NCBI GenBank assembly: GCA_965261735.1
Contig: OZ253470.1
Location: forward strand, 4,128,001 to 4,192,000
Length of the DNA stretch: 64,000 nt
Source: Alphaproteobacteria bacterium
GTDB lineage: Bacteria; Pseudomonadota; Alphaproteobacteria; SHVV01
Direction: 5' to 3'
In this document: positions 57,406-64,000 of the stretch, one piece after another
Position numbering within the stretch: the stretch's first letter is position 1
Layout of the letters: each line of letters opens with the position of its first letter
The notes under the pieces: generated by a model
Told to the model about the DNA's origin: nothing
What the model saw: only the letters and a program-made list of their open reading frames with translations
Databases searched by the model: none
Made by a program: the position numbers and the translations under genes

Positions 57406-58830
57406 ATGACCACGATCCGTTGCCTGGCCGCCGTCGCCGGTCTTCTTGTCCTCGCGTGTTGCACGCGCGTCGAGAACACCCATCTGTCATCGCCCGTCCT
57501 GCCGATGCAGGAGCCCACCCACGCCGCGCAGGCACCGGTTCTCGACCTTGACAATATCCTGCTTGTCGGCGCGGCGGCCGCGCCCGCGGTCGATGCGCTG
57601 CCGCCGGCCGCCCGTCACGGCCGGGCTTCCGTTCACCATGGCGAGCTGCCCAACGCTGTAAGGCGGGCCGAACTGGTCGCCTATCTGCATGAGGACGCGA
57701 TTTCTTACGTACCCACCGGTGCCGAGGCGGGCTTCGACGAGCAGCTGTTTCCCGACGGTCTCCTGCTGCGATTTGCGGCTGACCCGCCGATTGTCCGCGT
57801 CGCAGAAGGCACCCCGCCGGAACTCGTCGACGAGGCCGTACGCATTGTGCAGATCCTGAACATGGCCCTGCCGCGTGACTGGCAGATCGGCTTCGGCGAC
57901 GAGCCCGGACCAGCCGGGACGGCCGAGCCGGGCCCCTCGGAGGTCATTATAGCGTTCGCAGCGCAGGAGGATTGGCCGGAAGAGGTCCGGCCCCCTGAGG
58001 GCGAGGACATCGGCCTCGCCCTGCCGCGTTATGAGCTTTATGCAACCGGCGATCCGGATCGGCCCTTTAACCTCGAGATCACGGGCGGGCGAATTTGGAT
58101 CGATCCGACGCGCACCGAGGGCGACGAGCGGCTGGGCGTCATTGCCCACGAGCTCATTCATGTCCTCGGGCGCGCCCATCCCGACCCGGCACGGTTCCCC
58201 GACAGCATCATGGTCGCAGGCGGTGGCGACGGTCCGACGGAGCACATCCTCCACCCGCTCGACCGCGCGGCGCTGCTCGCGGTCTACAGCCGTGTCGAGC
58301 CTGGCGGTACGCCGGACGCCATCGACCTCGGGCCGTGGGCCGACACCTCCACGCATATCTATGGCGTGCTCGGCCTGCCCACGGGCGAGGTCGCCTTCGG
58401 GGCGGCTTTCTCGAACGGCCTCCTACGGCCCTGGGCTTCCGGCCCAGCGCCCGACACCGCACTTGCGGAGAACCCGAGCCTTGCCGGAACCGCGCGCTGG
58501 TCTGGACGTCTACTCGGGCTTACCCCCGCGGCGGAGATTGTCGCCGGGGTCGCCGACCTCGCCGTCCACCTTGAATCCCTCGATGGCGACTTGAATTTCA
58601 CCGGACTGGAATACTGGCCCGAGGGCGCCGCGCCCGGCGCCGTCGGCACGGGGTCGATGTGGCGGGACGGCGATCTCGGCTACCGCGTCGAAGTACGGGG
58701 CAACACCTTCCTCCGGGCCGGGGGAGACGCCGGAACGGTGACCGGTGCGTTCTTCGGACCGGAGCACGAGGGCATGGGCGGCGTCATCGCGCGCGAGGAC
58801 CTCGCGGCCGGGTTCGGCGGTATCCGCTGA
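57406..58830 (+). CDS. Putative surface lipoprotein with HExxH zinc-metalloprotease motif and TbpB-like C-terminal barrel
   Basis: Lipobox LVLAC, HELIHVLGRAH followed by SIM (Met-turn-like), C-terminal GAFFGPEHEGMGG...GFGG. Confidence 0.75.
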   Translation: MTTIRCLAAVAGLLVLACCTRVENTHLSSPVLPMQEPTHAAQAPVLDLDNILLVGAAAAPAVDALPPAARHGRASVHHGELPNAVRRAELVAYLHEDAISYVPTGAEAGFDEQLFPDGLLLRFAADPPIVRVAEGTPPELVDEAVRIVQILNMALPRDWQIGFGDEPGPAGTAEPGPSEVIIAFAAQEDWPEEVRPPEGEDIGLALPRYELYATGDPDRPFNLEITGGRIWIDPTRTEGDERLGVIAHELIHVLGRAHPDPARFPDSIMVAGGGDGPTEHILHPLDRAALLAVYSRVEPGGTPDAIDLGPWADTSTHIYGVLGLPTGEVAFGAAFSNGLLRPWASGPAPDTALAENPSLAGTARWSGRLLGLTPAAEIVAGVADLAVHLESLDGDLNFTGLEYWPEGAAPGAVGTGSMWRDGDLGYRVEVRGNTFLRAGGDAGTVTGAFFGPEHEGMGGVIAREDLAAGFGGIR

Positions 58831-59120
58831 TCCTTTCGGTCTCGGCGGTGCGACGCTCGCTGCTTTGTCAGGGCAGGGCCTTCGCCCCTTCTCGCACGCT
58901 ATCCGCCTAAAGTCCGGCCCGGACACACGAACTGAAGTGGCTGAGACGACCGCCGAGGCAAGACGCGTAGGTCGGACGCCGTGCTACGCGTCAGCAGTCA
59001 CCGTGTAGGGTGATGCGACGCTAAACAATGAAGCGGCCACCGGGAGGGGAGGATGAGGTCCGAACCCGCCCAACAGCCTGGGCACCTGAAGGCACTGATG
59101 GCGCATGGTGTTTGCGGCCC

Positions 59121-59640
59121 TCAGGCGCCTTCCGTGGTCAGGTCGATTAATGTGTCCACGCAGAACTCGGTGTGGGTCCACCCGGTCCAATCCTCAACAG
59201 GTCGGAATTTGTGGTCATATTTCATGGGCCAGACCAACCAAGGACCCTGTTCCAGGTCGGTTTCGATAAAGTAAATCTCGTCCGGAAACTGCAGCTCGTC
59301 CGCGAGCTCCTCCTGTAAGCCAGCAAGCGCCTTTCCTACACCGCTATCTTCTGTGAGCGCGATATCATCGCTCTCCAGCACCAAGACGGTTCGTGCTCCT
59401 TCTTCCTTGCAGTCCTGGAGCTTCGGACACTTTTTGCGAAGCGCCTGTTCCAGTCGCTCCGAGCGCAAATTTTCTATGTCGTCCGGCGCCCGACGCTTGG
59501 CTCCAAGCATCCCCGGTTTCCGCCCGGAAGTAGATGACAGCACTAGGCATTGCAATGTGATTTCATATGGGAACCCCGGCGGCTTCGCTGTGATGGAATC
59601 CTGTCCGTGCAGGTGTTGAGCGTTCTTGCAAACCCACTTA
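59121..59640 (-). pseudogene. Hypothetical protein C-terminal fragment truncated by IS1380
   Basis: Protein-like frame (...ARTVLVLESDDIAL...) running into the IS end. Confidence 0.5.
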
Positions 59641-59876
59641 ATCCCGCATTTCCCACGTGACTGATCCATCTGATGCGATCCTGGTCTGATTCTGGTATAA
59701 GAATCAGCGGCTTATATCAGGTGGAGGTGGCTCGGATGCGGAACCCGGAGGGTGAATCGGATCGCAGCCCACTTCGGCCCTGTTTCGACCGAAGGCTGAA
59801 GCTGGAGTTCCACGGTTCGCGGGTCACATCCGACGCCGGCCTGCTCGCCTACCGCGAACTCGACGATGCCCTGGGC

Positions 59877-61325
59877 GGTCGTGTCCCAGGACGTGGTGTA
59901 GGAGTTGTTGGAGCCTCTGTTAGCTGTGGGTAGGCGGCTTGCCGTAGCGACCGCCGAGAGTCTGGCGTAGGCAAGCCGGCTATCCACAGCGGAGGCCATC
60001 GCGGTTCCGGTTTAGGGTTGGGCTAGTGCAAACCAACCTGACCCGAAGGAGAACCACGATGACCCAGGACATGATGACCCTGCGCGCGCTTTTGGAGAAG
60101 AGCTCCGATGCCGATCTGCTTTGCGAGATGATCGGCTTCACGGCCGAGCGGCTGATGGCACTGGAGGTTGAGGGCCTGACCGGCGCCGGGCACGGCGAGC
60201 GCTCGGCGGATCGTATCACCCATCGCAACGGCTACCGCGACCGGTCCTGGGAGACGCGGGCCGGCACGGTCGAGCTGAAGATCCCGAAGCTGAGGAAGGG
60301 AAGCTACTTCCCGGGCTTCCTGGAGCCGCGGCGGATGGCCGAGAAGGCGCTGGCTGCGGTGATCCAGGAGGCCTACATCCAGGGGGTGTCGACCCGCTCG
60401 GTCGACGATCTGGTTCAGGCGATGGGGATGTCGGGCGCCTCCAAGAGCCAGGTCTCCAGGCTGTGCGGCGAGATCGACGATAAGGTCACCGGCTTCCTCG
60501 ATCGACCGCTGGAGGGCGACTGGCCCTATCTGTGGCTCGACGCCACCTACGTGAAGGTGCGCCAGACCGGACGCATCGTCTCGGTCGCGGTGACCGTGGC
60601 TGTGGCCGTCAACGACCAAGGCCGCCGCGAGGTCCTGGGCGTGGCGATCGGCGCGTCGGAGGCCGAGACCTTCTGGACCGAGTTCCTGCGCTCGCTGGCC
60701 CGGCGCGGGCTGCGCGGCGTGAAGCTGGTGATCTCCGACGACCACAAGGGCCTGAAGGCCGCCGCGACCCGGATCCTCGGCGCCACATGGCAGCGCTGCC
60801 GCGTACACTTCGCCCGCAACCTGCTGGCCCATGCCGGCCGCCAGGGCCGGCGCGTCGTCTCCGCCTTCGTCGCCACCGCCTTCGCCCAGGAGGACGCCGA
60901 CAGCGCGAAGGTCCAGTGGCGCCAGGTCGCCGACCAGCTCAGGCCCAAGGTGCCCAAGCTGGCAGTTCTCATGGACGAAGCCGAGCACGACGTCCTCGCC
61001 TACATGAGCTTCCCCAGGGAGCACCGCCAGAAATTGCACTCCACAAACCCGATCGAACGGCTCCATGCCGAGGTCAAGCGTCGCACCAACGTCGTCGGTA
61101 TCTTTCCCAACGAAGCCGCCATCACACGGCTCGTCGGCGCCATCCTTCTCGAGCAGAACGACGAGTGGGCCGTCTCAAGGAGATACATGACGCTGGAATC
61201 CATCGCTCCGCTGAGCGATGGTGTCCCCATCACGCTGCCCACCGTGGCAGCCTGAACGTCCCGGCCCTACACGCCGGGAGCCGCGTAGAGCGCAACGCTC
61301 TTACACCACTCCGCGGGACACGATC
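59877..61325 (+). mobile_element. IS256-family insertion sequence
   Basis: Inverted repeats GGTCGTGTCCCAGGACGTGGTGTA / GATCGTGTCCCGCGGAGTGGTGTA; no target duplication. Confidence 0.92.
60059..61255 (+). CDS. IS256-family transposase
   Basis: [42 protein letters not shown]. Confidence 0.95.
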   Translation: MTQDMMTLRALLEKSSDADLLCEMIGFTAERLMALEVEGLTGAGHGERSADRITHRNGYRDRSWETRAGTVELKIPKLRKGSYFPGFLEPRRMAEKALAAVIQEAYIQGVSTRSVDDLVQAMGMSGASKSQVSRLCGEIDDKVTGFLDRPLEGDWPYLWLDATYVKVRQTGRIVSVAVTVAVAVNDQGRREVLGVAIGASEAETFWTEFLRSLARRGLRGVKLVISDDHKGLKAAATRILGATWQRCRVHFARNLLAHAGRQGRRVVSAFVATAFAQEDADSAKVQWRQVADQLRPKVPKLAVLMDEAEHDVLAYMSFPREHRQKLHSTNPIERLHAEVKRRTNVVGIFPNEAAITRLVGAILLEQNDEWAVSRRYMTLESIAPLSDGVPITLPTVAA

Positions 61326-61461
61326 GATTATCCGGATCGGCGCGAAGATGGCCGTCATTCGAAGACGAATTGCACGTCGCGCGGTTTCGAGCCACACTCA
61401 ACGGGCTGGGAAGGTTCCATATGGGGAATCCAGATCACATAGGAACGAAAGATAAATTGTT

Positions 61462-61956
61462 ATGTGGAACGCGATAAAGAGAGCCGGCCGTGCGATAGAA
61501 CGCGAGACAAAGAAAGCGGGCCGCTGGGTCGCAAGGCAGGATCAAAAAAGTTTGGCGCTGGCAGGGATGGGTCCTTTGGCAGTGTGGATTACTGCGTCTC
61601 GCGGTGCGACGATGGGTGCAGGTGTTAGACCGATACCTTCAGCAATGAGGACAATTTTGGTACCGTACTTTTCACCTCAGTTGCTTGATGGCGTACGTTT
61701 CAGGGTGGGGAAAGGTCCTTGGCTCGCGTTGCCAAGACTAGGATTCGTGTTTGGTGATGCGAAGGCAATGACCTTGGATTACGTCATTGTATTCAAAGAG
61801 CAGGATGGCGCAGCGAATCCTAGGATGTGGGCCCATGAATGTGTGCACGTGCGGCAGTTTCGCGAATGGGGGATTCCGATGTATTCGTACTATTATATTT
61901 TCGACAAGAACAGTGTAGAGAGAGAAGCTCGAGATTTTGCGAATCAGCATTTCTAA
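61462..61956 (+). CDS. DUF4157-like (HExxH) domain protein
   Basis: AMTLDYVIVF...WAHECVHVRQF...EREA; low GC. Confidence 0.75.
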   Translation: MWNAIKRAGRAIERETKKAGRWVARQDQKSLALAGMGPLAVWITASRGATMGAGVRPIPSAMRTILVPYFSPQLLDGVRFRVGKGPWLALPRLGFVFGDAKAMTLDYVIVFKEQDGAANPRMWAHECVHVRQFREWGIPMYSYYYIFDKNSVEREARDFANQHF

Positions 61957-63185
61957 GGGATAGAAATTGGATGTCTGCGAGGGTATTAGAGTGTGGGTTA
62001 GCGCGAGTTCCAGTGGGCAAGTAATTCGACGCGGTGAGGGCAAACCGGATCGGTGGATGAATATGGGCTAAAGGCTCAGACGGAGACAATACCCTTGTGC
62101 AGACGATGGCGGGCCGGCTGAGCAGCTACGCGGCCCGCCTCCGGTTCAGTGCCAGGAATCGTCGCCGGGCTCGGGGGTCTCGGCCCGCATGGACTGGGCG
62201 GCGAGCGCCGTCCAGTCCATGCGCGCTAGGTCTTTCCGAGCTTAGGAACCGACTTCCGACCTCTCGAAGTGAGTGCTCCTCTTACGTAAGCCTCATCCGG
62301 CCCGGAACAATGCATCGAGGTCCTTTTCGGTGACCGCGTTCCCCTCGGTCGACATATCGGATTGCATCTCTGACGCCCGGTACCATGGAGAGGCGCGTCT
62401 GCCGAATTCCGCCAAGATGCTGGCCAAGCACTGAATGCTGTTTGAACGCTGTCGAGCATTTGCACCAAGACCGAAAAAGCGCTGTTCCTGCCTTTTTTGC
62501 CTAGCGGCGCGCACCGACCCGAAGCAGACCTGCCCAACCCGTTGCGTTCCTTCGATTCGCTGCCCCGTCCCAAGAAGCTCCCGCCAGCGCCCGTCATCGC
62601 ATCGCAACCGCATGATTTCAACATCCCGGACCTCACAGGCACCGTCTGTCCAGATTCCTCGGCCGGATCGGAATCAGGACACTCCGCAGCCGTCCGCCAG
62701 TTCCTGACTAGCACGCTACGGTGCCCGGCATCGGCACGAAGGGCGTGCCCCAAGCCTTAGTTGGCGCGGGGTGGCACGACGTTGACGAAGGGAATGAGCG
62801 ACAATCTTTCAAGGTGATAATTCACGAAAATTTTAGTGAAATTTTTCTTCGCCCCACGGGGACCCATCCGGGCTGGACTCTCCCCGCAAACCATAGAGCC
62901 CCAAACCATTTTCGGTTTTCCGCCAGAATAGCCAGGTGCATTGCAGTCATAGGGGGTACCGGGGGGCTGCCTTCATGGTGGGGGGTGGGGTCGCGTGTCA
63001 GTGCGCGTTCGTGCTGTATGGCGCGGAGGCCCTCATCATCGATGTGCTGGTGCACTGCTCGCCGAGATGGGTAACACGCTGCTGCGCAGCGGCCGCTCGA
63101 CGGCGCTCCGCCCGACCGGGCCGTTTCCGGTGCCCACAGGCGTACAGGGTTTGGCAAAGAGCACGTTAATGCTGTCAGGACGCTC

Positions 63186-63420
63186 ATGGAGGAGCAGGAG
63201 GGCAAGACGTGGAAAGGTACGGCGAGCGATCTCTACAACAGGCTGAAAGAGATCATCGGTGAGGCTACAGGTGCTGAGCCGACGGATGAACAGCTCGCCT
63301 CGACATTGTGGCCCTTCGGGATCGAGATCACCCGCCACAAGAGAAGCGGTGGCAGCCCACACTTAAAGATATACGCGCGGCCCGAGAGCGCTCGCAGAAT
63401 TGCGCCCATTGCGCCCATTG
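63186..63420 (+). pseudogene. C-terminal winged-helix-like fragment of a primase/replication protein of a mobile element
   Basis: W.GTASDLY..L...L...L..FGIEI...R pattern, followed by iteron-like repeats. Confidence 0.45.
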
Positions 63421-63542
63421 CGCCCAATGCAGCGGTGGCCGCGGAAAACGTGACGACGGATTGCGCCACAACACGCCCTATTGCGCCCGGCGCATCCGAG
63501 GGTGGAGGCGGAAGAGGGCGCAATGGGCGCAATGGGCGCAAT
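63399..63542. repeat. Convergent 9-bp iteron-like repeats ATTGCGCCC
   Basis: Three tandem copies at 63399-63425, one at 63480-63488, three inverted copies at 63516-63542. Confidence 0.88.
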
Positions 63543-64000
63543 TCCACGGCCTCTTTCCGGGAGACAGATGAAGGTACAAGCCCTCCACCCGCCACTAGCA
63601 ACGCGACCGGCGGGCATTCATGGGCGGGGTGGGGTCGCGTGTCCGTGTGCGTTCGTGCTGTATGGCGAGGAGGCCTTCATCATCGACGTGCTGGTGCACT
63701 GCTCGCCGATCGCGAGCCACCAAAAACTCGACAAGACGATCGATGACGAACAAGGTCGGCGGCGAGGGCGGGCGATGGTGATCACCAATGGGATCGAGCA
63801 TGCGCTCCGGTACTTCCACGTGATCCGCAACTAGCTGGTGGCACCCAAGAGTCGGTATCGAGCCATCTCGCCCTGGGGCTTGCCGCCTGCCAGAGAGCGT
63901 CCAGAATCGCGCGATAGCACCGTTCACAGGGCGTCGTCCACAGGAGTACACATAGTCTCGCCGGATAGCCGGACGACCGGCTTAGCGCAAACCCGTCGCG

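Larger units (their letters stand above)
59643..61433 (+). mobile_element. IS1380-family element, internally deleted, with nested IS256
   Basis: Left end CCCGCATTTCCCA, N-terminus [31 protein letters not shown], right end CATATGGGGAATCCAG. Confidence 0.8.
62972..63709 (+). repeat. About 93-bp imperfect direct repeat (62972-63065 and 63617-63709)
   Basis: Both copies contain GGGGTGGGGTCGCGTGTC.GTG.GCGTTCGTGCTGTATGGCG..GAGGCC.TCATCATCGA.GTGCTGGTGCACTGCTCGCCGA. Confidence 0.9.

Noticed and set aside
1-64000. CRISPR array, rRNA or tRNA genes
   Set aside because: No regularly spaced repeat-spacer series or recognisable structural RNA genes were seen by eye; a tRNA could have been missed.

Overview
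This is a GC-rich, probably alphaproteobacterial window (taxonomy inferred from protein families and GAAC-N7-GAAC LexA boxes) with two distinct halves. Bases 1-30,100 are mostly intact metabolic and transport genes: RtcB/archease (both with +1 indels), AlkA, a CADD/PqqC-like diiron enzyme, two amidases, two TauD dioxygenases, an adenylate cyclase, orphan ABC binding proteins, a PrpD-TcuA-PrpF-lyase cluster, a fused beta/alpha nitrile-hydratase-like gene and two MFS transporters. Bases 30,100-64,000 are a mosaic of IS elements (IS1595, IS6, IS21, IS110/IS1111, IS256, IS1380, ISKra4-like, IS481/IS3-like ends) and gene remnants. They also hold a decayed defence island (hsdM remnant, GmrSD-like gene with a nonsense codon, hsdS, ABC-type ATPase plus HDR-motif partner), umuDC, RhlE and eukaryote-like or surface proteins. 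The clearest signal is an IS1111-type element sitting in an IS21 terminal repeat: its 3' non-coding end contains exact 9-nt matches to both halves of that target and shorter matches to its own circle junction, which reads as a bridge/seekRNA programmed against another IS. No rRNA, tRNA or CRISPR array was seen. All family assignments come from motif recognition by eye, not database searches.
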